Below the pieces are notes generated by a model. It had not been told where the DNA came from. It worked only from the letters and a program-made list of their open reading frames with translations, and did not search any database. The translations under genes and the position numbers were made by a program. A DNA stretch of 64,000 bases from Tagaea sp. (lineage in GTDB: Bacteria; Pseudomonadota; Alphaproteobacteria; CACIAM-22H2): the NCBI GenBank assembly GCA_965279525.1, contig CBDIIB010000003.1, forward strand, positions 416,001 through 480,000, given 5' to 3'. Positions 19,039-28,915 of the stretch are shown here, one piece after another (the stretch's first letter is position 1; the number at the start of each line of letters is the position of its first letter).

Positions 19039-20166
19039 ATGTCGATGAAACGTAGAGATCTTCTGAAGGCGGGTGCGGGCGCCGCGGCGTTCGCAGCCGT
19101 GTCGCCGTCGATCGTGCTGGCCCAGAGCGGCCCGATCACGATCGGCTGCGCGGGCCCGTTCACCGGCCCCAATGCGGCCTTCGGCGAACAGCTTCGCCGG
19201 GGCTTCAACATGGCGATCGCCGACCTGAACGCTTCGGGCGGCGTGCTCGGCCGCCAGCTCGCGGGCGTCTTCGAGGACGACGCGTCGGATCCCAACCAGG
19301 CGCGCGCGGCGGCCAACCGTCTTGCCGGCCGCAAGGTCCCGTTCGTGCTCGGCCACTTCAACTCGTCGTGCTCGATCCCGGCTTCGGAAGTCTATGCCGA
19401 GGAAGGCGTGCTGCAGATCACCCCGGCGTCGACCAACCCGCGCCTGACCGATCGCGGTGCCAAGTTCAAGAACGTGTTCCGCACCTGCGGGCGCGACGAC
19501 CAGCAGGGCGCCATCGCCGGCGGCTGGCTCTCGGACAAGTACAAGGGCAAGTCGGTCGCGATCATCCACGACAAGACGACCTACGGGCAGGGCCTCGCCG
19601 ACGAGACCAAGAAGGCGATGAACGCCAAGGGCCTCACCGAGAAGCTCTATGACGGCGTGGGCGTGGGCGACAAGGACTTCACGGCGCTGATCACGCGCAT
19701 GAAGAGCCAGGCCGTGGAAGCGATCTATTTCGGCGGTCTCCACACCGAAGCGGCTCTGCTCGTTCGCCAGGCGCGCGAGCAGGGTCTTGCGGCGCAGATG
19801 GTTTCGGGCGACGGCATCGTGTCGGCCGAATTCGCTTCGATCGCCGGCAAGGCCGCCGATGGCGTGATCATGACGTTCGACAGCGACCCCCGCAAGGCGG
19901 CCGGTGCACGTCAGGTCGTCGCCCGCTTCGTCCAGCAGGGCTACGATCCGGAGGGCTACACCCTCCTGTCGTACGCCGGCGTCCAGGTTTTCGCGGGTGC
20001 CGCGAAGGCCGCGAACGGCACGGGCGTCAACGCGCTCGTGGCGAACATGCACGGCAAGTCGTTCGACACGGTGATCGGCAAGCTGACCTACGACACCAAG
20101 GGCGACCTCACGGCGCCCAACTACGTCTTCTACATCTGGAAGGACGGCAAGTACGCCGAGATGTAA
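19039..20166 (+). CDS. livK: Branched-chain amino acid ABC substrate-binding protein (Tat signal)
   Basis: MSMKRRDLLK Tat motif; GHFNSSCSIPAS, FRTCGRDDQQG, HDKTTYGQGLA; RBS AAGGAG. Confidence 0.9.
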   Translation: MSMKRRDLLKAGAGAAAFAAVSPSIVLAQSGPITIGCAGPFTGPNAAFGEQLRRGFNMAIADLNASGGVLGRQLAGVFEDDASDPNQARAAANRLAGRKVPFVLGHFNSSCSIPASEVYAEEGVLQITPASTNPRLTDRGAKFKNVFRTCGRDDQQGAIAGGWLSDKYKGKSVAIIHDKTTYGQGLADETKKAMNAKGLTEKLYDGVGVGDKDFTALITRMKSQAVEAIYFGGLHTEAALLVRQAREQGLAAQMVSGDGIVSAEFASIAGKAADGVIMTFDSDPRKAAGARQVVARFVQQGYDPEGYTLLSYAGVQVFAGAAKAANGTGVNALVANMHGKSFDTVIGKLTYDTKGDLTAPNYVFYIWKDGKYAEM

Positions 20167-20182
20167 TCGACGGGTAACGATC

Positions 20183-20220
20183 AGCCGCCGGCTCCCTTCC
20201 GGAGCCGGCGGCTTTTTTTT
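20183..20220 (+). terminator. Rho-independent terminator
   Basis: AGCCGCCGGCTCC-loop-GGAGCCGGCGGCT followed by a T run. Confidence 0.9.
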
Positions 20221-20473
20221 GTCCGGATTTCGGAACGGGGACCCTGTATCGCGGTGCAGCAATTCGCTGCCAGGTCCCGCGAACGCGTTACGGCGCCGTA
20301 CGCTGCCTTGACAAGGGCGGGCGCAGGATATGACACTTTAATTACGGAAAAATGGATCGGATGCGGCTGTGCGCGCAGAGTGCTGCGCGGAAGCTTCATC
20401 GGACGGAAATAAATGGGCCGGCAAAGGCCCGATAGAAAGACCGGTACAGCCGGTCATAAAGGGAGATGTCGCA

Positions 20474-21853
20474 ATGAAGAGTCTTCGCGTCCTGTCTGCA
20501 GCCTTGCTTGCAGGCACCATGCTGGTCGGCGCTACCGCCGCCAGCTATGCCGAGGAAGTCGTCGTCAAGATGTGGGCGCGCGCCGACCGTTCCGGTCCGT
20601 TGCGCGCGGGCAATGTCGTCGCGGCTGCCGAAGCGCTGAACATGGCGTTGAAGGCGGCAGGCTCCGACAAGACCGTGAAGGTCGAGGTCTTCGAGGGTCC
20701 TGCGACGGGCTACGACGCCGATGCGCTCGACATCCTGAAGGCTTTCGCCGTCAATCGCGGACCGGACGTCTATGTCGCCGCGCACGAATGGGTCGGCGAG
20801 TTCGCGAAGTCCGGCTATGCGATGGATCTCGAAGCCTTCATCAAGAAGAACCAGTGGGCCTTCAGCGACGTCATCCCCGTGCTCTGGGAGTCGACAAAGT
20901 ACCAGGGCAAGATCTACGCGATCCCGCAGGATTCCGAGATCCGCATGTTCTTCTACAACAAGGACATGCTGCGCAAGATCGGCAAGAGCGAGGAATTCGT
21001 CAACAATCTGCCCGTGATGGTCGACAAGGGCGAGTTCACGATGCAGGACCTGTCGAACCTCGCAAAGGAAGTGGTCGACAAGGGTGCGGCACAGATCGGC
21101 ATCATCCACCGTCCCAACCCCGGTCCCGACTATCTGATGAGTTTCGCGTCGTTCGGCGTGAAGTTCATGGACGAGAAATCCGGCCAGCTTCTCCTTCCCA
21201 AGGCCGAGATGCGCAAGGGCCTCGAGTGGTTCGCGTGGAACGCGGCCAATGGCGTGACGCCGAAGAACAACACCGCCATGTCGTGGGACGAGATCCAGAG
21301 CGCGTTCAAGTCGGAAAAGGCTTTCATCTACCATCAGGGTGTCTGGGCCGTCGGCGAGTGGATGCTCGGCGACGCGAAGGGCGGCAACTGGCCCAAGGAC
21401 CAGGCGGGCTATTTCAAGAAGATCGGCTGGCTGCACGCGCCCGCCGCCGTCAAGGGTGGCGAGCCCGCCAACCTGTCGCATCCGATCGTCTATGTCGTGA
21501 ACCCGAAGTCGAAGAACGCCGAACTGGCCGCCACGCTTCTGGCCTATGCCTCGCTGCCGCACTTCAACACCAAGCACGCGGTGACGACGGCACATACCGG
21601 CATCCTCAACGGCCAGCGCAGCATGCCTGACTATGCCAACGCCTGGTATCTCGAGGCGGCGACCCCGATGCTCGCGCGTTCGACGTTCATCCCGAACCAC
21701 CCGGAGTTCGGCCGCTACAACGGCATCCTGTTCAAGGCGCTGCAGGGCGTCGAGACGGGCCGTCTCACGCCGGCCAAGGCCATCGAGTTCCTCGAGGACG
21801 AGATGACGAACGAACTCAAAGGCAACGTGAAGATCGTCGAGAAGCTGAACTAG
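20474..21853 (+). CDS. CUT1-type ABC substrate-binding protein (sugar/phosphodiester)
   Basis: Signal peptide; PDVYV, IYAIPQDSEIRMFFYNKDML; RBS AAGGGAG. Confidence 0.85.
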   Translation: MKSLRVLSAALLAGTMLVGATAASYAEEVVVKMWARADRSGPLRAGNVVAAAEALNMALKAAGSDKTVKVEVFEGPATGYDADALDILKAFAVNRGPDVYVAAHEWVGEFAKSGYAMDLEAFIKKNQWAFSDVIPVLWESTKYQGKIYAIPQDSEIRMFFYNKDMLRKIGKSEEFVNNLPVMVDKGEFTMQDLSNLAKEVVDKGAAQIGIIHRPNPGPDYLMSFASFGVKFMDEKSGQLLLPKAEMRKGLEWFAWNAANGVTPKNNTAMSWDEIQSAFKSEKAFIYHQGVWAVGEWMLGDAKGGNWPKDQAGYFKKIGWLHAPAAVKGGEPANLSHPIVYVVNPKSKNAELAATLLAYASLPHFNTKHAVTTAHTGILNGQRSMPDYANAWYLEAATPMLARSTFIPNHPEFGRYNGILFKALQGVETGRLTPAKAIEFLEDEMTNELKGNVKIVEKLN

Positions 21854-21875
21854 GCGTCTAGGAGTCGACGACATC

Positions 21876-22787
21876 GTGCCGAAAGCCGGCACATCCGTCC
21901 GGCAGTGGGTCGACCGGGCCCTTTTCCTGGGCCCGGCGACCCTCTTGCTGACGGCTTTCTTCCTGCTGCCGGTCCTAGTCGATATCGGCATCGCCTTCAC
22001 CGACATGAGCCGGAACCTCCAGGTTACCGGTTTCACGACGGCGAATTTCGCGCGCATGTTCGGCGGCGATTCGAGGCTGGCAGGGGTGATGCTGGTCACG
22101 CTCTTCTACGTGCTCGGAACACTCGCGATCTTCAACGTCACCTACGGGCTGCTGCTGGCCCTCGTCACGACCTCGCTGCCCGACCAGACGGGCGCCTTCT
22201 TCCGGGCGATCTGGTTCCTGCCGCGCATGAGCCCGTCCGTGGTCTATGCGCTGCTCTGGTCCTGGGTGATCGCGCCCACGAACTACGGACTTCTCAACCA
22301 GGCCTTGGCCTTTTTCGGTGTCGGCGCGCTCGACCTCAAGAGCGACGCGCCGATGCTGGTCATCCTGCTGGCGAACGGCTTCATCGGCGCGTCGTTCGGA
22401 ATGATCATCTTCACCAGCGCCATCCGCTCGATCCCGGCGCATCTCTTCCACGCGGCACGTGTCGACGGGGCAGGCGGACTTGCCATCATCCGGTACATCA
22501 CGCTGCCGGCGATCCGCTGGCAGCTCAGTTTCGTGACGATCTATCAGGCATTGGCGCTGCTCGTCAGCTTCGAATACATCTGGCTGATCACCAATGGCGG
22601 GCCCTTCTTCGACACGACGGTCTATGCGCTCTACGTCTATCGCCGCGCGTTCGAGAACGGGCAGTACGCCTATGGCGCGGCCCTTTCGCTTGGCCTGGTC
22701 GTCGTGGGCACGTTCGTGGCACTCGTCCTCTGGCGTTTCTTCGACATGCGGGCCCTCCTGCAGAAGCCGCGTATCGAGGTGTCATGA
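21876..22787 (+). CDS. Carbohydrate ABC permease 1
   Basis: TM segments; EAA-like LFHAARVDGA. Confidence 0.88.
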   Translation: MPKAGTSVRQWVDRALFLGPATLLLTAFFLLPVLVDIGIAFTDMSRNLQVTGFTTANFARMFGGDSRLAGVMLVTLFYVLGTLAIFNVTYGLLLALVTTSLPDQTGAFFRAIWFLPRMSPSVVYALLWSWVIAPTNYGLLNQALAFFGVGALDLKSDAPMLVILLANGFIGASFGMIIFTSAIRSIPAHLFHAARVDGAGGLAIIRYITLPAIRWQLSFVTIYQALALLVSFEYIWLITNGGPFFDTTVYALYVYRRAFENGQYAYGAALSLGLVVVGTFVALVLWRFFDMRALLQKPRIEVS

Positions 22788-23854
22788 CGACCGTCGCCGC
22801 ATCGGCCGAAAAGCGGCCGGACTGGAACGCACTGGTCATCCGCGCCCGTTCCCGGCGCCGCATGACGACGGCGTTTCTCTATGTCGTCCTTATTCTCGGG
22901 TCGCTGCCGATCGTGGTCCCGTATCTGTGGCTCGTCACCGTGGCGGTTTCGGGGCGCACGGGCACTTCGACCGTCGTCCTGTGGCGTGCCATGGCGGTCG
23001 CGATGCCCGCACTCGTGATCTGGTCGATGTTGCGTCTGGCGCTGGACGATGCACGCCGTCTCCGGTACTTCGAAATCGCCCTTGGTGCCGTCACTTTCCT
23101 GGCGCTTGCCGCGATCACCGGCCCCTATCTCCATACGGACAATTTCCGCTTCCTGTGGAACGCGAATATCGCCGACGACCTGAAAGGCGTGGGCGGGGTC
23201 GGCAACCGCTATCCGAGCGTCTGGGTCGCGTTCCGGAACTCCCTGATACTCGCCTGCGTCCAGATGTCCCTTGTCGTGATCGTCAGCACATTCGCGGGCT
23301 ACTATCTGTCGCGGTTCGACTTTGCCGGACGTGGCGCCTACCTGAAGGGGCTGCTCGTGCTGCACGCATTCCCGGCGATGTCGCTGATCATCCCGATCTT
23401 CCTGATGATGTACTGGGTCGGACTCCTCGATACGCTGACCGGTGTCGTCCTCGTCATCGTGGCGCTGGAACTGCCTTTTGCGATCTTCGTGATGAAGGGC
23501 TTCTTCGACGCCGTTCCCTGGGACATCGAGATGAGCGCCATGACCGACGGCGCGTCGCGCCGGCAGGCGTTCTTCATGGTCGTTCTCCCGCAGGTCAAGG
23601 TCGGCATGATCGCGGTCGGCGTATTCGCATTCCTGCGCGGCTGGGAAGAGTACGTGTTCGTGCGGACACTGCTGTTCGAGAAGGCGAACTGGACGATGAG
23701 CCTGTTCCTGTTCTGGATGTACGACGACGTGATGGGAACCGACTATGCGATGGTATCGGCGGTCGGCGTGTTCTACGTGATGCCGTCGGTCATTCTCTAC
23801 ACGTTGTGCCAGAAATATCTGACGCAGATGTCCGTTGGCGGCATCAAGGGCTGA
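22784..23854 (+). CDS. Carbohydrate ABC permease 2
   Basis: ATGA overlap; IEMSAMTDGASRRQAF loop; extra N-terminal TM insertion. Confidence 0.88.
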   Translation: MTTVAASAEKRPDWNALVIRARSRRRMTTAFLYVVLILGSLPIVVPYLWLVTVAVSGRTGTSTVVLWRAMAVAMPALVIWSMLRLALDDARRLRYFEIALGAVTFLALAAITGPYLHTDNFRFLWNANIADDLKGVGGVGNRYPSVWVAFRNSLILACVQMSLVVIVSTFAGYYLSRFDFAGRGAYLKGLLVLHAFPAMSLIIPIFLMMYWVGLLDTLTGVVLVIVALELPFAIFVMKGFFDAVPWDIEMSAMTDGASRRQAFFMVVLPQVKVGMIAVGVFAFLRGWEEYVFVRTLLFEKANWTMSLFLFWMYDDVMGTDYAMVSAVGVFYVMPSVILYTLCQKYLTQMSVGGIKG

Positions 23855-23858
23855 CAAG

Positions 23859-24920
23859 ATGGCGAAGATCGAGTTGAAGGGTGTGGCAAAGCGGTGGGGA
23901 GACGTGGCGGCGGTCGAGCCGACGGATCTCGTCATCGGTGACGGAGAGTTCGTCGCCATCCTCGGACCATCCGGTTGCGGAAAGTCGACGACGCTGTTCA
24001 TGCTTGCCGGCATCTACACCCCGACCGAGGGCGACATCCTGTTCGACGGCCAGCGCGTCAACGAAGTCGAGGCGCGCGACCGGAATGTCGGCATCGTCTT
24101 CCAGTCCTACGCGCTCTATCCGAACATGACGGTGCGCGACAACATCCAGTTTCCGCTCCGGTTCAAGGACGTGACGCGAGAGGCTTCCCTGGCGCGCGCC
24201 GATGCGGCGGCACGACTGGTCCAGGTCCACGAACTGATGGATCGCAAGCCGGGGCAGCTTTCGGGCGGCCAGCAGCAGCGCGTGGCACTCGCCCGCGCAC
24301 TGATCAAGGAGCCGCAGCTGATGCTGCTCGACGAGCCGCTGTCGAACCTGGATGCCTCCCTGCGCCTGACGATGCGCAGCGAGATCCGCGGTCTCCAGCG
24401 CAAGCTGGGTGTGACGACATTGCTGGTGACGCATGACCAGATCGAAGCGACGACGATGGCCGATCGCGTGATCTGCATGAGTCGCGGCCGTATCGAGCAG
24501 GTCGGTACGGCCGACGATCTCTATCATCGTCCGGACAGCCTGTTCGTCGCCGGTTTCATCGGTTCGCCACCGATCAATCTGCTGGATTGCAGTGCCTCTG
24601 CAGGTTCCCTGCGGTGCGGCGAGGTGACGCTGCGCGTTGCGGGCGCCCGGGACGGTGCCTGCGTGCTGGGCATCCGGCCGGAAACGGTTTCGCTCGGTAC
24701 GGGACCGTTCCACGCGCAGGTCCAGGATCTGGAGCCGCACGGCCGTGAGGCGATCTACCATCTTTCGACGCCGTTCGGTGTCGTGCGGGCGCTCGAGCCG
24801 GGTGCGACGGCGAGGTTCAGGGTCGGCGATCAGATCACATTCGGCCTGTCGCAGGCGATGCTGTTCGACGCGAAGTCGACGCGGCGGATCGAGGGCGCGG
24901 TGGTGGATCTCGTTCCATGA
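23859..24920 (+). CDS. MalK/UgpC-type ABC ATPase
   Basis: [33 protein letters not shown]. Confidence 0.92.
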   Translation: MAKIELKGVAKRWGDVAAVEPTDLVIGDGEFVAILGPSGCGKSTTLFMLAGIYTPTEGDILFDGQRVNEVEARDRNVGIVFQSYALYPNMTVRDNIQFPLRFKDVTREASLARADAAARLVQVHELMDRKPGQLSGGQQQRVALARALIKEPQLMLLDEPLSNLDASLRLTMRSEIRGLQRKLGVTTLLVTHDQIEATTMADRVICMSRGRIEQVGTADDLYHRPDSLFVAGFIGSPPINLLDCSASAGSLRCGEVTLRVAGARDGACVLGIRPETVSLGTGPFHAQVQDLEPHGREAIYHLSTPFGVVRALEPGATARFRVGDQITFGLSQAMLFDAKSTRRIEGAVVDLVP

Positions 24921-25744
24921 ACCGGCCGCCGCCGCGGCTGAAATGGCATATGTTGCGCCGCCGGAAATCCGATCCGGGGCATCTGCGCGCCAACCTCGAA
25001 GCGGCCTTGCTTGCCGGGGCTGCTTGCGAGGTTGATCTGCAGTTCACGGCGGACGGCCACGCGTTCTGCCTGCATGACGATACGCTCGATCGCGAGACGA
25101 CCGGCACGGGACCGGCTGCCATCCTGCGCAGGTCGGATGTCGAGCGGCTCCGCCAGCGCGGCGGCGATGGCGTGGCGCTCGAAAGTGCCCCGTTGTTCCT
25201 CGACGAGGTCGCCGACATGGTGCGCCGTTTCGGCCGTCCCGATGGCGGGCTTGTCCAGCTCGACGTCAAGGCGCCGCTCGATACGTTGGGGCCGGACGGT
25301 TTGGAGAGGATGTCGGGTGCGATAGGCGAGGCCGCCTCGCGGTTTGTCGCCGGTGCTTGCGATTGGCGCACGCCGACGCGGATGGCGGACGCGATAGAGG
25401 GGCTTCGCCGGGGATTCGATCCGCTCGATTTCTATCCGCGTTCGATGCCGCAGGGAGCCGAGGCGTTCCGGGCGCTGGGCCGGCGGACGATGGAGACGGC
25501 ACCGGATGCGGACATCTACTATCTCGAGGCGAAGCTCGTGCGCGCCGGCCTTCGCGCCGGCGTCAATCTCGTCGAGATTGCCCGGCGCGATGGTTCGGAA
25601 GTCGACGTCTGGACGATCGATGCCGATCGGCCCGCGCTCCGCGAGGAGCTTGCCGAGCTGATCCGCGCCGGCTGCACGCAGGTGACCAGCAACGATCCGG
25701 ACATCCTCCAGCCCCTCGTCGAGGAAATCGCCCGATGCTTGTGA
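24917..25744 (+). CDS. Atypical glycerophosphodiester phosphodiesterase-fold protein
   Basis: EVDLQFTADGHAFCLHDDTLDRETTGTG, QLDVK, DVWTID, TSNDP; lacks canonical HRG (has KWHMLRR). Confidence 0.75.
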   Translation: MNRPPPRLKWHMLRRRKSDPGHLRANLEAALLAGAACEVDLQFTADGHAFCLHDDTLDRETTGTGPAAILRRSDVERLRQRGGDGVALESAPLFLDEVADMVRRFGRPDGGLVQLDVKAPLDTLGPDGLERMSGAIGEAASRFVAGACDWRTPTRMADAIEGLRRGFDPLDFYPRSMPQGAEAFRALGRRTMETAPDADIYYLEAKLVRAGLRAGVNLVEIARRDGSEVDVWTIDADRPALREELAELIRAGCTQVTSNDPDILQPLVEEIARCL

Positions 25745-26790
25745 CAAAGACGACCGACCGCCTGGCCCTGCCGACCGCGGAGGAGCGCCAGGCGATCATC
25801 GATGCGCCGATCGAGGAGAACAGCTTCCGACGTGCTTTCGATGCGAGCAGCTCGCTGCATGTGATCGAAGCACGCCCGCCTGCGGTCGCGCGCGAAGCCG
25901 GCCGTCGGGCGCGGATCGCTTTCTGGAATGCCGAGCGCCTCAAATACGCCGCCGCGTCGGCCCGTCTGCTCGGGGGGCTTGGCGCCGATGTCCTGATGCT
26001 CTGCGAACTCGATCTCGGCATGGTCCGCTCGCAGGATCGCCATACGATCCGGGATCTCGCCGATACGCTGGGGCAGGGGTACGTCTTCGGCGTCGAGTTC
26101 GTCGAACTCGGGCTTGGCGACCTGCGCGAGCGCAAGGCCCATGCCGGCGAGACGAACAGTGCCGGCCTGCATGGCGGCGGATTCGTTTCCGGGCTTTCTT
26201 TGACCCGCCCGGCGCTCGTGCGGCTCGAAACGTCCGGCCGCTGGTTCGACGGGGCGTTTCACGAGCGGCGGGTCGGCGGACGCATCGCGATGCTGGCCGA
26301 GATCTCGCTCGGCGGTCGCAAGGTCCTGCTCGCGTCCGTGCACTACGAAAGCCATACCGGCCCCGCAGACCGGCTGCTCCAGACGCAGGTCTTGCTGGAC
26401 GCCATCGAGGCGCACGCGCCGGGGATGCCGGTCCTCATCGGGGGCGATTTCAACACCAGCAGTTTCGAGCGGACCGACAAGACGGACAAGGCATTCGTCG
26501 CGAAAGCGTTGGCGGCCGACCCGAACCGGCTTGTTGCTCCGATGGCCCACGAACCGATGTTCGAATTCCTGCAGCGGCGCGGTTACGACTGGAGCGCCTG
26601 CAACGTGGAATTGGCGCCGACGCAGCGCACGCGACCGGACGGCACGCCACAGCCGCCCTTCGGCAAGATCGACTGGCTGTTCTCGCGCGGTCTTGCCTGC
26701 AGCGCGCCGCAGGTCGTGCCGGCGGTCGACGCGATGGGAGTAGCCATATCCGACCATGAGGTGCTGTGCGTCACGGTCGAGACGGAATAG
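25735..26790 (+). CDS. Endonuclease/exonuclease/phosphatase (EEP) family protein
   Basis: FWNAER, DVLMLCE, SVHYES, IGGDFNT, KIDWLF, SDH. Confidence 0.88.
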   Translation: MLVTKTTDRLALPTAEERQAIIDAPIEENSFRRAFDASSSLHVIEARPPAVAREAGRRARIAFWNAERLKYAAASARLLGGLGADVLMLCELDLGMVRSQDRHTIRDLADTLGQGYVFGVEFVELGLGDLRERKAHAGETNSAGLHGGGFVSGLSLTRPALVRLETSGRWFDGAFHERRVGGRIAMLAEISLGGRKVLLASVHYESHTGPADRLLQTQVLLDAIEAHAPGMPVLIGGDFNTSSFERTDKTDKAFVAKALAADPNRLVAPMAHEPMFEFLQRRGYDWSACNVELAPTQRTRPDGTPQPPFGKIDWLFSRGLACSAPQVVPAVDAMGVAISDHEVLCVTVETE

Positions 26791-26800
26791 GGGAAACGGC

Positions 26801-27622
26801 ATGAAGTACATTCCGCTCGCCAGCTCGAACGGCCGGTTTCACGTCTGCGCGCATCGCGGACACAGCATCGGCGCGCCCGAGAACACGTTGCCGGCGATCG
26901 AGGCGGCTGCCGTCAACCGGGCGACGGTCTGCGAGATCGACGTCGTGTTGACGCGCGATGACGAGATCGTGCTCCTGCATGACGAGATCCTCGACCGGAC
27001 GACGGACGGGCGTGGCCGCGTGGGCGCGCTGGATCTCGCGCAGGTCAGGACGCTCGACGCGGGCGCCTGGTTCGCGCCGGCATTCGCCGGGACCCGCGTC
27101 CCGACGCTTGCGGAAGTTCTCGCGACCGCACGGCGGCTGGGTCTGGGCACGCTGGTCGAGATCAAGGAGCGCCAGCGCCCCGAACGGATGATCGAGAAGC
27201 TCGCCGATGTCCTCGGCGCGCAGAACGCGATCGACGAAGTCCTCGTGATCTCGTTCGACCATCCGACGCTCGTGCGTGCCCGCGCGCGCATCCCCGGCCT
27301 GCGCACGGAGATCATCACGCATGCGCGTCATGTCGACCCCGTGGCGGTGGCGCTTCGTGCGGAGGCGGCGAGCGTGGCGATCGAGGCCGACATGTTCCAT
27401 CCCGACGACGCGCGGGCCCTTCACAAGGCAGGGGTTGCGGTCCGCGTGACGTTGCCGCGGCCCGAGAAGATCGCGATGCGCCGGGGCTATGGCCTCGACA
27501 TCGAGGCGCCGATCGTCGCGGCACTTTCAGAAGGGCTCATCGACGTCCTGGCGGGCGACGATACGGCGGCCATCGAGTCGCTCGTTCGCGGGCACGCCCG
27601 GCTTCCGGCCCGGCACGTCTAG
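26801..27622 (+). CDS. Glycerophosphodiester phosphodiesterase (UgpQ/GlpQ-like)
   Basis: AHRG..APENT, EIDV, LHDEILDRTT, VEIK. Confidence 0.9.
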   Translation: MKYIPLASSNGRFHVCAHRGHSIGAPENTLPAIEAAAVNRATVCEIDVVLTRDDEIVLLHDEILDRTTDGRGRVGALDLAQVRTLDAGAWFAPAFAGTRVPTLAEVLATARRLGLGTLVEIKERQRPERMIEKLADVLGAQNAIDEVLVISFDHPTLVRARARIPGLRTEIITHARHVDPVAVALRAEAASVAIEADMFHPDDARALHKAGVAVRVTLPRPEKIAMRRGYGLDIEAPIVAALSEGLIDVLAGDDTAAIESLVRGHARLPARHV

Positions 27623-27689
27623 ATCGCCGAAGCCGGAATTATCCAAATATTTATATAGTCTTAAGCCCGGATATCCCGAGGCCCGACGG

Positions 27690-27729
27690 CCGTCATAAAT
27701 CGGCAACGTAACTTCAATATTTTTGTCGG
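27690..27729 (+). promoter_or_regulatory. Pho box array
   Basis: 11-bp period units CCGTCAT-AAAT-CGGCAAC-GTAA-CTTCAAT-ATTT-TTGTCGG upstream of pstS; consensus CTGTCAT-N4. Confidence 0.6.
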
Positions 27730-27786
27730 GTCCGGACACTACGGTGCGCGTCGGGTTTCACGTTCCGACCGAAAAAGGAGGTTCCT

Positions 27787-28827
27787 TTGAACCGTAAAAC
27801 AACTCTCGTGGCTGCACTTGCCGCCACCGCCCTGCTTGCCGGCGCTGCGAACGCGCAGCAGGCACGCGACCAGATCCGCATCGTCGGCTCGTCGACGGTG
27901 TTTCCGTTCACGACGGCCGTCGCCGAACAGTTCCAGCGCACCGGCGGCTTCAAGGCCCCGATCGTCGAGTCGACCGGAACGGGCGGTGGCATGCGCCTCT
28001 TCTGCGGCGGCGTCGGCGTCCAGCACCCCGACGTGACGAACGCGTCGCGCCGCATGACGAAGTCCGAGTTCGAGCAGTGCAAGACGAACGGCGTCACCGA
28101 CATCATCGAAGTGAAGATCGGATTCGACGGGATCGTCCTCGCGACCAAGAAGGGTTCCGAGAAGATGAACCTGACGCTGCGCCACGTGTTCCTGGCACTC
28201 GCGCGCCAGGTGCCGGTCAACGGCCAGCTCGTCAACAATCCATACACCCGCTGGAACCAGATCGATGCCTCGCTCCCGGCACTCGACATCGAGGTCATCG
28301 GCCCGCCGCCGACCTCGGGTACGCGCGACTCGTTCAACGAACTCGCGATGCTTGCCGGCTGCGGCATGGTCGACGAGATGAAGACGCTGATCGCCGACAA
28401 CGCGGCGCGCGGCAAGGCCTGCCAGTCGCTCCGCGAGGACGGCAAGTTCATCGAGGGCGGCGAGAACGACAACCTGATCGTCCAGCGCCTGACGACCGGC
28501 CGTCCGGGCACCATGGGGATCTTCGGCTTCTCGTTCCTCGAGGAAAACCCCGACAAGATCGAAGGCAAGCTCATCGGCGGGGTCGAGCCGAACCCGGACA
28601 CGATCGCCGACGGCAAGTATCCGATCGCCCGCGACATGTACATCTACGTCAAGCGCGCGCATGTCGGCGTGGTCCCGGGGATCCGGGAGTTCGTCACCGA
28701 GTACACGAGTGCCCGGGCGATGGGCGACAACGGCTATCTGGAGAAGAAGGGCCTCGTTGTCCTTCCGGCCGCCGAAGCCGCGAAGGTACGCGCGGGTGCG
28801 CTGGCTCTCCAGCCGCTGACGATGTGA
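27787..28827 (+). CDS. pstS: Phosphate ABC substrate-binding protein
   Basis: TTG start with AAGGAGG; IVGSSTVFPF, ESTGTGGG, GPPPTSGTRD. Confidence 0.93.
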   Translation: MNRKTTLVAALAATALLAGAANAQQARDQIRIVGSSTVFPFTTAVAEQFQRTGGFKAPIVESTGTGGGMRLFCGGVGVQHPDVTNASRRMTKSEFEQCKTNGVTDIIEVKIGFDGIVLATKKGSEKMNLTLRHVFLALARQVPVNGQLVNNPYTRWNQIDASLPALDIEVIGPPPTSGTRDSFNELAMLAGCGMVDEMKTLIADNAARGKACQSLREDGKFIEGGENDNLIVQRLTTGRPGTMGIFGFSFLEENPDKIEGKLIGGVEPNPDTIADGKYPIARDMYIYVKRAHVGVVPGIREFVTEYTSARAMGDNGYLEKKGLVVLPAAEAAKVRAGALALQPLTM

Positions 28828-28831
28828 CGGC

Positions 28832-28870
28832 AAGCGCGCCGGCTCCTTCGACTTCGGAGCCGGCGCGCTT
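28832..28870 (+). terminator. Intercistronic stem-loop after pstS (attenuator or mRNA stabiliser)
   Basis: AAGCGCGCCGGCTCC...GGAGCCGGCGCGCTT then TCTT. Confidence 0.7.
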
Positions 28871-28915
28871 TCTTACCTTTTCCGTCGACATGCGCGGGGG
28901 GCGCAAGACGGTCCG

